DNA of 64,000 bases, from positions 41,808 to 105,807 of the forward strand of contig JABGPJ010000066.1 in NCBI GenBank assembly GCA_018645005.1, in the 5' to 3' direction. The position numbers and the translations under genes are program-made. Position 1 is the stretch's first letter, and each line of letters opens with the position of its first letter. The stretch is from Deltaproteobacteria bacterium. Its GTDB lineage: Bacteria > SAR324 > XYD2-FULL-50-16. Shown here piece by piece: positions 1-10,209 of the stretch. The notes beneath the pieces were generated by a model, which worked only from the letters and a program-made list of their open reading frames with translations, was not told the DNA's origin and ran no database searches.

Positions 1-129
1 TTGAAAGAGCATCCCTGGTTTATCGCGGTACAGTATCATCCCGAATTTAAATCAAAACCCACAAAACCCCATCCGTTGTTTTACAGATTTGTTGAAGCCT
101 CCTACAATAACAAACAGAAGGCTAAGTAA
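1..129 (+). CDS. pyrG: CTP synthase, C-terminal fragment (5' truncated by window)
   Basis: Frame 1 reads [27 protein letters not shown]...; QYHPEF is the PyrG glutaminase motif; TAA at 127-129. Confidence 0.93.
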   Translation: MKEHPWFIAVQYHPEFKSKPTKPHPLFYRFVEASYNNKQKAK

Positions 130-257
130 ACGGGCAGAAATTTTACCGTTTACTGCATAAAGAGTAGCTGTTTGGGCGATCTTAAAGAGACGGATACTCA
201 CATAGCGATGTAACTAAAGGATGTTTTCCTAATTTATCATTACGATCTAAGCATTTT

Positions 258-1262
258 ATGGAAACGAATTCAGGCTATCGGCTCCTCCATATGCGGATGG
301 GCATTTTGTTGCTGATTCTAATGTCCTGGTGCTCGGTTCAGGCGGCAGAGACATATAAAATTCAGGGAACAATCCTGACCGAAAAGCAGAAACCTGCTGG
401 TGGAGCGGTTGTCCTGTTGATGAAAATCGTTATGCAGGGACAACCGACAATCAGTCCGCTGAAACAAGGGTTGTCAGATGAACAAGGTCGGTACGAGTTT
501 ATAATTGAGCCAGCGGAAGCTAACTCTTTTTTTCGAATTGAGGCCATGACTGAAAAGTCGACGACCAGTTCTGAGCCATTCAAGTTTAAGAAAGGTCAGT
601 TCGTGAAGTCGATGCGACTCATTTTACCAACAATTAAGAAGGGGGCGACATATCTTGATTTCGGCAGGGATATTCTGGTTGTTGACGCCATGGAATCTGC
701 TTTGCGAATAACCGAAATTATTAGGTTTTCAAACAAATCAAACGCCATGGTGAATACCGACAGTGAGCCGATTATAAAACGGATTCCTGCCGAAGCTGAG
801 AACTTTCAGTTATTTAAAGGGCAGAACCGTTTCAATGCGACGAGGGAATCGGATAAAATTCTGTTCAGACTGCTTGTGCCACCAGGAGATAATCAACTTT
901 ATTTCAGTTATGATCTTCCTGTGAATAAGCGGTCGGTTGTATTCTTAAATCATCTGCTACCTCAGACTGGCGAGATGGAGATCATCGCTCCGGTCAATAC
1001 GCTGGATCTCTCTTTTGACAGGCCGCCTGAGCTTGCTGCAGCCAGAATTGTCAGGCAGGTAAAACGTTTCAGTAATAAACAATATGATTCGCAAACAATT
1101 TTTCTTGAAGAAGATCAAAGAGAAATCGCCGTAGTGATCAAGAATATTCCAATTTCCCGGGAACAATTCTACTATCCGGCCATCATGCTTGCGGCACTGT
1201 TATTTTTCGGATTGTCCTTCTTTCTTATCAAAAGGTCTCAACCCGCTTCAGAAAACAGCTAA
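258..1262 (+). CDS. Exported, membrane-anchored hypothetical protein (N-terminal carboxypeptidase-regulatory-like beta-sandwich)
   Basis: Signal peptide (ILLLILMSWCSVQA), IQGTI...SDEQGRYEF pattern, C-terminal TM helix; start may be a downstream Met. Confidence 0.6.
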   Translation: METNSGYRLLHMRMGILLLILMSWCSVQAAETYKIQGTILTEKQKPAGGAVVLLMKIVMQGQPTISPLKQGLSDEQGRYEFIIEPAEANSFFRIEAMTEKSTTSSEPFKFKKGQFVKSMRLILPTIKKGATYLDFGRDILVVDAMESALRITEIIRFSNKSNAMVNTDSEPIIKRIPAEAENFQLFKGQNRFNATRESDKILFRLLVPPGDNQLYFSYDLPVNKRSVVFLNHLLPQTGEMEIIAPVNTLDLSFDRPPELAAARIVRQVKRFSNKQYDSQTIFLEEDQREIAVVIKNIPISREQFYYPAIMLAALLFFGLSFFLIKRSQPASENS

Positions 1263-1277
1263 CTGGTAGAGCTGGCT

Positions 1278-1985
1278 TTGCCAGTCAAGATGGTCTCGAA
1301 CTATTTAAAAACCTCTTCTCACAGGTTCTACGGCGCAGTTGTGACCTTAATCATGCTGCTGTTGTATGAAATTCTGATCATCTGGGAAAACACTTCAAAT
1401 GTTGTTATTCGGAACGCTCCGGAAGCCTGGTTTCGAACACTACTCAATTTTCTGGGCATCTCCCACTATTATATCAGTTTCATCATGGTTACAGCGGCTA
1501 TTCTGGCGGTTCCTCTTTTCTACAAGCCAGGATTGGCGGTTCGTAAAAATGTTTTTCTGCTACTCATCCTTGAATCCATTGTCTGGGGAGCTATTTCCGG
1601 TCTGTTGATTCAGGCAATTATTGCCCAACTTTTTCTGGTGACCGGTAGCATATCCGGCTCCATTATTGGCGATCTTGGTCTGGCAATTGGTGCTGGATTG
1701 TTTGAAGAGCTTTTTTTTCGTGTGATCCTGACTTCGGCACTGATCTGGATCTGTCATAAGCTGATTCCGCTCAAATGGCTTTCAATCGTGGTGGCCGTTA
1801 TCCTCGCCTCATTTTTGTTTTCTCTGGCACATTACGTCGGTAGTGCGGGGGATGCATTTGAAATTTATTCTTTTTTATTTCGGTTTCTGGCCGGATTGTG
1901 GTTCACAACCCTGTATTCCGTCAGGGGGTTTGCTGTGGTGTGCCTGACACATGCTTTTTATGACATATTCATCCTCATATTTTAA
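1278..1985 (+). CDS. CPBP (Abi/CAAX) family intramembrane metalloprotease
   Basis: Multi-TM; motifs EELFFR, FSLAHY, HAFYD. Confidence 0.85.
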   Translation: MPVKMVSNYLKTSSHRFYGAVVTLIMLLLYEILIIWENTSNVVIRNAPEAWFRTLLNFLGISHYYISFIMVTAAILAVPLFYKPGLAVRKNVFLLLILESIVWGAISGLLIQAIIAQLFLVTGSISGSIIGDLGLAIGAGLFEELFFRVILTSALIWICHKLIPLKWLSIVVAVILASFLFSLAHYVGSAGDAFEIYSFLFRFLAGLWFTTLYSVRGFAVVCLTHAFYDIFILIF

Positions 1986-2286
1986 TTAATCGGAAATTTG
2001 TACCTGTGCGAGAAATGTCTGATCGGCAATCAGGGTTCGATCTGAAAACTCGATTCAAGCTTTGTCATACCTGACTTTTGCGAAGGACAATCGGAGATGG
2101 TTTGATCAGGTGGGCTCATTGACTATCTGACAGAAAAAAGGCAACATCTAAGGTTAGGTTGCTTCATGACCGGGCTGATTTTGCTTTTAAGACGGATGTC
2201 GATCTTGGGTGCTAATCAGTCTTATTACAGGTCCGAGGGGCCTGTGGGGTGATAGCCCTCTTTTTCTCAACAGATCGAGGCGAAAT

Positions 2287-2808
2287 ATGAAAAAAATAAT
2301 TCTGGTCACAATCTTTATCCTACTGGCAACATCCGTATTTGGGCAGGTTGCGATGAAAGTAGGATATGTCAATATGAACAAAGCGATCAATCTTTCCAAT
2401 GAGGGTAAGCGATCGAAGAAGTTTCTGGAGGTTCAGGCGCAACGCACCCAGGGGCTGTTAAAGGCTAAGGAGCAAGATCTGCTCAAGAAAGAGGCAGAGT
2501 TGAAGAATAGCATTATGCTGAATGAGACTGCCAAAAATATTAAAAGACAGGAGATCGTCAGGCTCAAAAAAGAGTTGAGGGATGACCTTGGCAAGGCAAA
2601 AAAAAGCATGCGCCAGGATGAAATGAGGCATTCAACTAAAATTTTCAAGGATCTCGTCCTGGTTATCAAGGAGATAGCAAAGGAGGAGAATTTTGATTTG
2701 ATCTTGGAATTCAATGTCAAACAGACCATTCTCTTCTCCAAGTATGAAATGATCGATATCACCGATAAAGCAACTGAACGGTATAATAAAATTCAGTCAA
2801 TAGAGTAA
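2287..2808 (+). CDS. skp: OmpH/Skp periplasmic chaperone
   Basis: Signal peptide MKKIILVTIFILL, KVGYVNM, coiled coil, IAKEENFDLIL...DITD; upstream of fabZ-lpxA; ATG 2287 chosen as start. Confidence 0.88.
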   Translation: MKKIILVTIFILLATSVFGQVAMKVGYVNMNKAINLSNEGKRSKKFLEVQAQRTQGLLKAKEQDLLKKEAELKNSIMLNETAKNIKRQEIVRLKKELRDDLGKAKKSMRQDEMRHSTKIFKDLVLVIKEIAKEENFDLILEFNVKQTILFSKYEMIDITDKATERYNKIQSIE

Positions 2809-2876
2809 CTGTGGCCGACTAAACCCGGAAATCACTCTCACTGGGATTACGTCTGAATTTAACGAATAAGAGGAAA

Positions 2877-3326
2877 ATGACCATGGTATTGGATATATTG
2901 CAAATTAAAGAACGACTGAAACACCGGTTTCCCTTTCTATTGATCGATCGGGTTTTAGAACTGGAAGAGGGCGTGAAGTGTACGGCTTTAAAAAATGTGA
3001 CCGTGAACGAGCCGTTTTTTCAGGGGCATTTTCCGGAAAGCCCAATTTTTCCAGGGGTCTTGATCGTTGAAGCGATGGCACAAACAGGTGGTATTGCCGG
3101 GTATACATTGTCAGAGTCAAAGGGAAAGGATCTAACCTTCTTTGCGGGATTCGATAAGGTTAAGTTCAAAAAACCGGTAGTTCCGGGAGATCAACTGATT
3201 TTGAAATCCGAATTTATTAAGCGAAAGATGAATATCTGGTTTCTAACGGGTGAGGCATTTGTGGATGACAAACTCGTTGCACGGGCTGACTTCAAACTGG
3301 CAATAATTCCATCTGCGGAAAGTTAA
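2877..3326 (+). CDS. fabZ: 3-hydroxyacyl-ACP dehydratase
   Basis: HRFPFLLIDRV, NEPFFQGHFP, PGVLIVEAMAQ. Confidence 0.97.
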   Translation: MTMVLDILQIKERLKHRFPFLLIDRVLELEEGVKCTALKNVTVNEPFFQGHFPESPIFPGVLIVEAMAQTGGIAGYTLSESKGKDLTFFAGFDKVKFKKPVVPGDQLILKSEFIKRKMNIWFLTGEAFVDDKLVARADFKLAIIPSAES

Positions 3327-3387
3327 TCAGCAGAAAAACGCTGTTTTCAGATCACCGAAACAAAAATATTTCAGTCAGAAACTTAAG

Positions 3388-4158
3388 ATGATTCATCAAA
3401 CCGCAATCATTGATCCGGAAGCGAAGCTGCACAGCAGTGTCGAAGTGGGTGCTTATTCTGTTATTGGCCCTGGTGTTGAAATTGGAGCAGATTGCCGAAT
3501 TGCGCATCACGTTGTCATTGAAGGACCGACCAAGATAGGAGCCGGGTCCAGGATTTTCCCCTTCGCATCATTGGGCCTTGAGCCCCAGGATAAGAAGTTT
3601 CAAGGGGAACAGTCCTATCTTGAAATCGGAAGCCATAATACGATTCGAGAGTATGTGACCATCAATCGTGGGACTGAGGTTGGCGGCGGAACTACAAAAC
3701 TTGGAGATCATGGCTGGATCATGGCGTATTGCCATATCGCCCATGACTGCATTGTTGGTGATCATGTCACCATGTCTAATGGAGCCACCCTGGGTGGTCA
3801 TGTGGTTGTAAAGGATTATGCGAATATCGGCGGACTATCAGGCGTACACCAATTTTGCCGGATAGGAGAGTATGCGATTGTGGGCGGGCAGAGCATGATT
3901 ACACAGGATGTTGTGCCGTTTGCCATCGCAGCAGGAAATCGAGCCAAACTGGCCGGCGTTAACTATATTGGTTTGGATCGCAGGGGATTCACATCAGAGG
4001 AGATCGATATCATTAACCAGGCCTTCAAAATATTTTTTAAAAATGGCCTGACAAGAGATGTCGCTTTGCTAAAATTGAAAGAGGAATTTCCGGAATCAGC
4101 CCATATTGGAATGTTCGTGGATTTTATTCAATCTTCAGAACGGGGTGTTTGCCGCTGA
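3388..4158 (+). CDS. lpxA: Acyl-ACP:UDP-GlcNAc acyltransferase
   Basis: Hexapeptide repeats, PQDKKF, IREYVTINRGT, HIAHDC, VHQFCRIG. Confidence 0.97.
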   Translation: MIHQTAIIDPEAKLHSSVEVGAYSVIGPGVEIGADCRIAHHVVIEGPTKIGAGSRIFPFASLGLEPQDKKFQGEQSYLEIGSHNTIREYVTINRGTEVGGGTTKLGDHGWIMAYCHIAHDCIVGDHVTMSNGATLGGHVVVKDYANIGGLSGVHQFCRIGEYAIVGGQSMITQDVVPFAIAAGNRAKLAGVNYIGLDRRGFTSEEIDIINQAFKIFFKNGLTRDVALLKLKEEFPESAHIGMFVDFIQSSERGVCR

Positions 4159-4372
4159 GTAAGTAAAACACATGGATGCCATTTCAAATTAGAGGATTAT
4201 TCAAAATTACCTCTTGTTCCCAAAACGCTTATAGACGGAAACTCTCATTGAGCGATAACACCCTCTCACTGTTGCCCACATCCGGGATTCAGTGGTGAAA
4301 CACGACCGACAGTTTGACAAAAAAAATACTGACCTGAATTACTAATTGATCAGATATGCAGGAATCCGTGAA

Positions 4373-5401
4373 ATGAATAAAATGAACATTGCTGTTGTCG
4401 GCTATGGATATTGGGGACCCAATTTAGTCCGTAATTTTTCCTGGTTGACTGAAACCCATGTAAAATATGTTTGTGATCTCGATGAAAACCGTCTGGAGAA
4501 GGTCCAGGCTCTTTTCCCCAATGTTGAGATCACGACGACCGACTATCAACAGATTCTCGATGATCCCCAAATTACAGCTGTGGCAATCGCCACTCCGGTG
4601 GGAACTCACTTTCCTTTGGCTAAAGCAGCTTTGGAAGCCGGGAAACATGTACTGGTCGAAAAACCGATGACTGATAAGGCCGAGGATGCGGCGGCGCTGA
4701 ACGCACTGGCCAGAAAAATGGATCGGATCATAATGGTGGACCATACCTTTCTCTACACTGGTGCTGTCAAAAAAATAAAAGAACTGGTTGATTCCGGGCA
4801 GATTGGGGATATTTACTATTTTGATTCGGTTCGAGTAAATCTGGGGCTGTTTCAGAACGATGTTAATGTCATCTGGGATCTTGCGCCCCATGATCTCTCC
4901 ATCATGAAATACATCATTGGGAAAAAGCCTGTCAGTGTGAGTGCAAACGGTGTCTCTCACGTTAAAAACAATCTGGAGAATATAGCATATTTGTCGGTGT
5001 TTTATGACGATTCAACTTTTGCCCATTTTCATATCAACTGGCTTTCTCCAATCAAGGTCCGGCAGATAATGATTGGTGGTTCGGAAAAAATGATCGTTTA
5101 CAACGACATGGAAAATACAGAGAAAATAAAAGTATACGATACCGGGGTGGAGCTGAACTCAGGTGACAAAGATCTCCTGTATCAGGCTCTGATTCAGTAT
5201 CGTACCGGAGATATGTACGCCCCAAAACTAGACCAGACGGAAGCGCTGAAAACAGAATGCCAGCATTTTGTCGATTGTATTCGACAGGGAAAGTCTCCGA
5301 TCAGCGATGGTGAATTCGGGTTGGAGATTGTGAAAATTCTGGAGGCAGCGCAGTCTTCCATCAAACAACAGGGAAAAAACATCTATCTGGAAGAGATATG
5401 A
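4373..5401 (+). CDS. Gfo/Idh/MocA NAD-dependent oxidoreductase (GnnA-like by position)
   Basis: VVGYGYWG Rossmann motif, HVLVEKPM, WDLAPHD; between lpxA and lpxB. Confidence 0.85.
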   Translation: MNKMNIAVVGYGYWGPNLVRNFSWLTETHVKYVCDLDENRLEKVQALFPNVEITTTDYQQILDDPQITAVAIATPVGTHFPLAKAALEAGKHVLVEKPMTDKAEDAAALNALARKMDRIIMVDHTFLYTGAVKKIKELVDSGQIGDIYYFDSVRVNLGLFQNDVNVIWDLAPHDLSIMKYIIGKKPVSVSANGVSHVKNNLENIAYLSVFYDDSTFAHFHINWLSPIKVRQIMIGGSEKMIVYNDMENTEKIKVYDTGVELNSGDKDLLYQALIQYRTGDMYAPKLDQTEALKTECQHFVDCIRQGKSPISDGEFGLEIVKILEAAQSSIKQQGKNIYLEEI

Positions 5402-6909
5402 TAAAACTTCTTCTGTCACACGATCTACTGATTGAAGCACTACAGAACCCTGAAACGGCAGCGACGCAGCTCATAAAAAAATGCACGGATGATCCAGGAA
5501 TCCAGGCCTGGATTCTTGCTCATGCGGTTCAAATCTGCGCCAGCCAAGGCTTTTCAAGTGAAAAAATCGGACAACTAATCGACGGACTCGCACAAATTCC
5601 TAATAACGCACACCTCAACGAACAGGCCCTTGCGTCCCAGGTTGGCTTTGAAACCGGATTGCAGATCGCTGCGGCCAGGATGTTTAAGATTCCACGTGTG
5701 GTTGTTACCAAACCTCAAGAAGATGAAAAAGGGGTTGCTTTCATCGACTGTCGGGAGGCCCTGGATATTGACGTTTTGATGGATTCTCAGCGGGTTGATT
5801 TCCTTAATTTGAATCTTGCTCTTCATCCTATATTCAACCGTATGGATGGCTGGTTTATGGAGATCATCCAAAATACCGCTTTTGCTGGTGGTAATCACGT
5901 GGCCGAATTTGAAAAGGAATTTGCAGGTTTTTGTCAGATTCCCCATGCGGTTGGTGTCAGCAATGGAACAGACGCTCTGTTGTTTGCACTGCTTGCGATG
6001 GGGATTCAACAAGGGGATGAAATCATCACGGTTCCTAACACGTTTATCGCCACTACTGAAGCGATTTCACAGGCGGGTGCAGTTCCTGTTTTTGTGGATG
6101 TCTACCCTGATTCGTATAATATAAATACGGATTTAATCGAAGAGAAGATAACAGACAAAACCAGAGCCATTCTGCCGGTACACCTTTATGGGCAAGTTGC
6201 TGATATGGACGCTATCATGGCGATTGCTGCAAAGCATCATCTATTGGTTCTGGAAGACGCCTGTCAGGCACATGGGGCCTATTATAAGGGTAAACGGGCC
6301 GGTACTCTCGGACACGCCGGGGCTTTCAGCATGTATCCGGGAAAAAATCTGGGGGCATTTGGGGAAGCGGGATGCGTCATTACGCCTGATCCCAAAATAG
6401 CCGCAACCGTAAAGCGTTTGCGGGAACATGGGCAAAGCAAGAAGTACTATCATCTGGTAGAAGGTTATAATGGACGGATGGATAATTTACAGGCCGCTGC
6501 GTTAAGAGCCAAACTGCCCTTCCTGGATGAGTGGAATGAAAATAGGCAGAAGATAGCCCGGCTTTATCAAGAGGGACTCAGTGAGGTTCCCGAGGTGAAA
6601 CTGCCGGTAATAAACGATTATGCAAGTCATGTTTTCCATCTGTTTGTCATACTGGTTCAGGATCCCCATGAGCTTTCTGCTTATTTGAAACAGCAGGAGA
6701 TTCATACAGGGTTTCATTATCCTGTACCACTACATCTGCAGGAGGCGTATGCAGGTCGGGAGGAACAGCAGGGGAGTTATCCTGTTTCCGAACAATGTGC
6801 TGATCAACTGCTTAGCCTGCCGATATTTCCTGAATTGACTGAAAGACAGGTCAGTCGTGTCTGTGATGAGATAAAGCTGTATTACCAGCGAAGCGCTTCT
6901 ACCGGCTAA
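5398..6909 (+). CDS. DegT/DnrJ/EryC1/StrS PLP aminotransferase (GnnB-like by position) with ~130-aa N-terminal PIN-like extension
   Basis: NGTDAL, PVHLYGQ, EDACQAHGA, SMYPGKNLGAFGEAG; ATGA overlap with upstream gene. Confidence 0.88.
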   Translation: MIKLLLSHDLLIEALQNPETAATQLIKKCTDDPGIQAWILAHAVQICASQGFSSEKIGQLIDGLAQIPNNAHLNEQALASQVGFETGLQIAAARMFKIPRVVVTKPQEDEKGVAFIDCREALDIDVLMDSQRVDFLNLNLALHPIFNRMDGWFMEIIQNTAFAGGNHVAEFEKEFAGFCQIPHAVGVSNGTDALLFALLAMGIQQGDEIITVPNTFIATTEAISQAGAVPVFVDVYPDSYNINTDLIEEKITDKTRAILPVHLYGQVADMDAIMAIAAKHHLLVLEDACQAHGAYYKGKRAGTLGHAGAFSMYPGKNLGAFGEAGCVITPDPKIAATVKRLREHGQSKKYYHLVEGYNGRMDNLQAAALRAKLPFLDEWNENRQKIARLYQEGLSEVPEVKLPVINDYASHVFHLFVILVQDPHELSAYLKQQEIHTGFHYPVPLHLQEAYAGREEQQGSYPVSEQCADQLLSLPIFPELTERQVSRVCDEIKLYYQRSASTG

Positions 6910-6940
6910 TTATTAGATGCAATAGATATTCAGGCAACCT

Positions 6941-8065
6941 ATGAGCAAATTGATGGTCATTTCAGGAGAAGCGTCCGGGGATCTGCATGGTGGCAATGTC
7001 GTCCAGCGCCTGAAATTATTGCGTCCAGACCTCGAAATCATCGGAACTGGAGGGGACAATTTGGCGGCAGCCGGAGCTCGACTATTCTACCGGGTGGAGG
7101 ACCTCGCGGTGATTGGTTTTTCTGAAGTACTAAAGGTATACAAACATCTTAAAGCCGTTTTCGATGACCTGGTCAGAAAACTCGATGAAGAAAAACCGGA
7201 TGCAGTGCTGCTGATAGATTATCCGGCATTTAATCTGAAGTTTGCCGGGGAAGCAAAAAAAAGAGGTATTAAGGTCATTTTCTACATCGCGCCGCAAGTG
7301 TGGGCCTGGAAAAAAAACAGAATTCACAAAATTAAAGCGTTGGTTGACGAGCTGATCGTTCTTTTCCCCTTTGAAGTAGATTTTTTCAAAAAGGAGGGGA
7401 TGAAGACCCATTGCTTTGGGCACCCTTTACTCGATATTGCTGAGCCGACACTGGATCGCAAAGATTTCATTCAGAAATGGCAATTGAGCCCGACGAAGAA
7501 AACGATCAGTCTCCTGCCTGGAAGCCGAAAAAACGAAATTGCCAAGCACCTGCCGTTGTTATGCGAAACAGCCAAACAGATCGCGCGGGAACGGGATGAC
7601 ATCCAGTTTATCTACCCTCTGGCACCGACGGTCAGCAAGGCATCTGTTGCGTCTGATCTCAACCAGAAAAACCCCTCTATCACACTGATTGAAGCAGACA
7701 CTTACAATACGATTGCGCACTCCGATCTGGCTCTGGTCACGTCTGGCACAGCGACACTGGAAACGGCAATTCTGAAAACGCCCCTGATTATCATTTACAA
7801 ATCATCGCTGGTCACCTACTTGATTGGCAAGTACATGCTGAGGATCAAAGCGATAGGGTTGCCCAATATCATCGCAGACAGGGAGATTGTACCGGAAGAC
7901 CCACACTTTGTTTCTCCAGGTAAAATAGCAAACTGGGTTAATTACTATCTCACGAACGGTGAAGCCTACCTGAAGATTAAGCAAAATCTGATTGAGCTGA
8001 GGAGTCAACTGGGAGAAAAAGGGGCTTATCAGAAAACGGCTGCATTTATTAATACACTATTTTAA
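6941..8065 (+). CDS. lpxB: Lipid-A-disaccharide synthase
   Basis: GEASGDLHG, IDYPAFN, PQVWAW, LLPGSRKNE, SGTATLE. Confidence 0.97.
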   Translation: MSKLMVISGEASGDLHGGNVVQRLKLLRPDLEIIGTGGDNLAAAGARLFYRVEDLAVIGFSEVLKVYKHLKAVFDDLVRKLDEEKPDAVLLIDYPAFNLKFAGEAKKRGIKVIFYIAPQVWAWKKNRIHKIKALVDELIVLFPFEVDFFKKEGMKTHCFGHPLLDIAEPTLDRKDFIQKWQLSPTKKTISLLPGSRKNEIAKHLPLLCETAKQIARERDDIQFIYPLAPTVSKASVASDLNQKNPSITLIEADTYNTIAHSDLALVTSGTATLETAILKTPLIIIYKSSLVTYLIGKYMLRIKAIGLPNIIADREIVPEDPHFVSPGKIANWVNYYLTNGEAYLKIKQNLIELRSQLGEKGAYQKTAAFINTLF

Positions 8066-8178
8066 ACCACTGAATTATCCGTTGACAGGATAAGAGCAAC
8101 CCCGGATTCAACGTACTGTTGAAGGGTGTTGCTCATCGAAAGTAAGCCAAGAATCGGACAGGAAAATAAACCCATCGC

Positions 8179-9324
8179 ATGAAAAAAGAGATTACGTTAG
8201 CAGGTAAAAATTATATCTTGATTGGAACTGCCCATATTTCCAAAGACAGTATTGAAGAAGTATCAGAGGTTATTAGCGATATTCGGCCGGATGCCGTTTG
8301 TGTAGAGTTGTGTGCAGGCCGGTATGAGTCTATCCGGAATGCAGACCATTGGAAAAGTATGGATATTGTCAAAGTGGTCAAAGAAGGAAAAGCCCCGATG
8401 TTGATGATGAATCTGATTCTATCGGCGTTTCAAAAGAAAATGGGTGATAAACTGGGAGTCAAACCCGGGGCAGAAATGGTCAAGGCAATTCAGATTGCAG
8501 AAGAGACCGGCAGTGAAATTGTGCTGGCTGATCGGGATATCACGATCACATTTAAAAGGGCCTGGGGCATTCTATCATTCTGGGAAAAGATCAAACTCTT
8601 TGGTCAGATTTTTGTCAGTGTCTTTGAAACGCCGGATATTTCAGAAGATGAAGTTGAAAGTCTGAAAGAAGGTGATATGTTGACGGAAGCGATTGATATG
8701 ATGGCAAAGGAACTGCCTGGGATAAAATCTGTCCTCATTGATGAAAGAGACCGGTTTCAGGCAGCGAAGATCCTGGAAGCAAAAGGAGAATCAATTGTTG
8801 CGGTTGTTGGCGCCGGACATATTCCAGGAATTATTCATCACATGGAAAATCCAGGGGACATTTCCGAATTGGAAACCACGCCTCCACCCGGGAAAACGGG
8901 GAAAATTCTGAAGTGGGGAATTCCTTTGGGAATACTTGCAATTATTGCCTATGGCTTTTTTGGAATGAATACGGATGTCAGCCTGGAAATGCTAAAGCGC
9001 TGGGTCCTGGCAAACGGGATTCTGTCAGCGTTAGGAGCGTTATTGGCCGGCGGCCATCTCTTGACAGTTTTGGTGGCCTTTGTCGCCGCGCCGATCACCT
9101 CGCTCAATCCAACCATTGCCGCGGGATGGGTCTCAGGTTTGACGGAAGCCTGGATTCGAAAACCAAAAGTTGAAGACTTCGAAAACCTGCCGGTGGACAT
9201 TACCTCAGTTCGCGGATTTCGGAAAAATGAAATCACCAGAATTTTACTGGTGGTCGTTTTGAGCAATCTGGGCAGCACAATCGGGACTTTTATCGGGATC
9301 CCCTTGATTACGTCTTTACTGTGA
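8179..9324 (+). CDS. TraB/GumN family protein
   Basis: IGTAHIS, VCVELC, LIDERD, VVGAGH, C-terminal TM helices. Confidence 0.9.
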   Translation: MKKEITLAGKNYILIGTAHISKDSIEEVSEVISDIRPDAVCVELCAGRYESIRNADHWKSMDIVKVVKEGKAPMLMMNLILSAFQKKMGDKLGVKPGAEMVKAIQIAEETGSEIVLADRDITITFKRAWGILSFWEKIKLFGQIFVSVFETPDISEDEVESLKEGDMLTEAIDMMAKELPGIKSVLIDERDRFQAAKILEAKGESIVAVVGAGHIPGIIHHMENPGDISELETTPPPGKTGKILKWGIPLGILAIIAYGFFGMNTDVSLEMLKRWVLANGILSALGALLAGGHLLTVLVAFVAAPITSLNPTIAAGWVSGLTEAWIRKPKVEDFENLPVDITSVRGFRKNEITRILLVVVLSNLGSTIGTFIGIPLITSLL

Positions 9325-9407
9325 TGTGTATCCGGACCCGTCGGGAATTTTTGTAAACCGGTTTTATAAAGACATACCGTGCTTATTGGATATATAGAAG
9401 GTATTAA

Positions 9408-9506
9408 GGGTTGGCTCAAGAATTACTTGGCATTCTGCCTGCAAAATGTCCTGTCTTTACGAGACTTTTACGGACAGATTATGCCAAGTTATTTTTGTAC
9501 GATCCC
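9408..9506. mobile_element. 99-bp MITE family A, copy 1
   Basis: GGG...CCC ends, TAA on both sides, imperfect 26-bp TIRs; same-length copies at 21126 and 24739. Confidence 0.85.
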
Positions 9507-9535
9507 TAAGTGCAAAAAAATGACAGAAATGGGTT

Positions 9536-9773
9536 CAGCAATGTCCGGTTAGGTTTTTGCAGTTCAAAAGCTGAATGATAAAACCCGTCTCTACACATAA
9601 GGATTTAAAGATTTTCTAAGTTTGCTTCACGAAAAACCGCCAAACTCGCTCGTGCTTTGCTCAAACATGGCTCATTTTCGCTACGCTAAACTAAGAAAAT
9701 CTAATAAATCCTTATCAGCGCGATCCAGGCTTCATCATTCAGCTTTTTGCAAAAACCTAACCGGACATTGCTG
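9536..9773. mobile_element. 238-bp MITE family B, long form
   Basis: Perfect 26-bp TIR CAGCAATGTCCGGTTAGGTTTTTGCA; 9-bp direct repeat AAATGGGTT at 9527-9535 and 9774-9782; no transposase ORF. Confidence 0.9.
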
Positions 9774-9840
9774 AAATGGGTTAGATTGAAGATGACAGTA
9801 CGATATTTTAAAAACAACAAACCTGTTTATTCTCTCAGGA

Positions 9841-10209
9841 GTGACGATGGATAGTGAAAAGACGATCTTAAACAATTTTCTACCGCAACTGAAAAGTTTT
9901 GTTAAATCGGAAACGGTTTTTGGAGAACCATACAACATCGGCGAAGTGACGATGATCCCGGTTAATTCTGTGAAAGTCGGATTCGGTTTTGGTTCGGGGG
10001 ATACAAAGACAATTGACAGTTCCGCTGGTGGCGGTGGTGTTTTGCTGACACCGGTCGCATTTATTGTTGTTAAGGGCGAAGACGTTTCCATTCACAATTT
10101 AAGCGCCGGTACGATTGAAAATGTACTGGAAAAAGTTCCTGAAGCTCTGGATAAGTTTATTTCTATATTTCAAAAATTGCAGAAAAAGAATAAAAAGACG
10201 GACGAATGA
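9841..10209 (+). CDS. GerW/YtfJ family protein
   Basis: ETVFGEP, TMIPV..VKVGFGFGSG, GGGGVLLTPVAFIVV. Confidence 0.88.
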   Translation: MTMDSEKTILNNFLPQLKSFVKSETVFGEPYNIGEVTMIPVNSVKVGFGFGSGDTKTIDSSAGGGGVLLTPVAFIVVKGEDVSIHNLSAGTIENVLEKVPEALDKFISIFQKLQKKNKKTDE

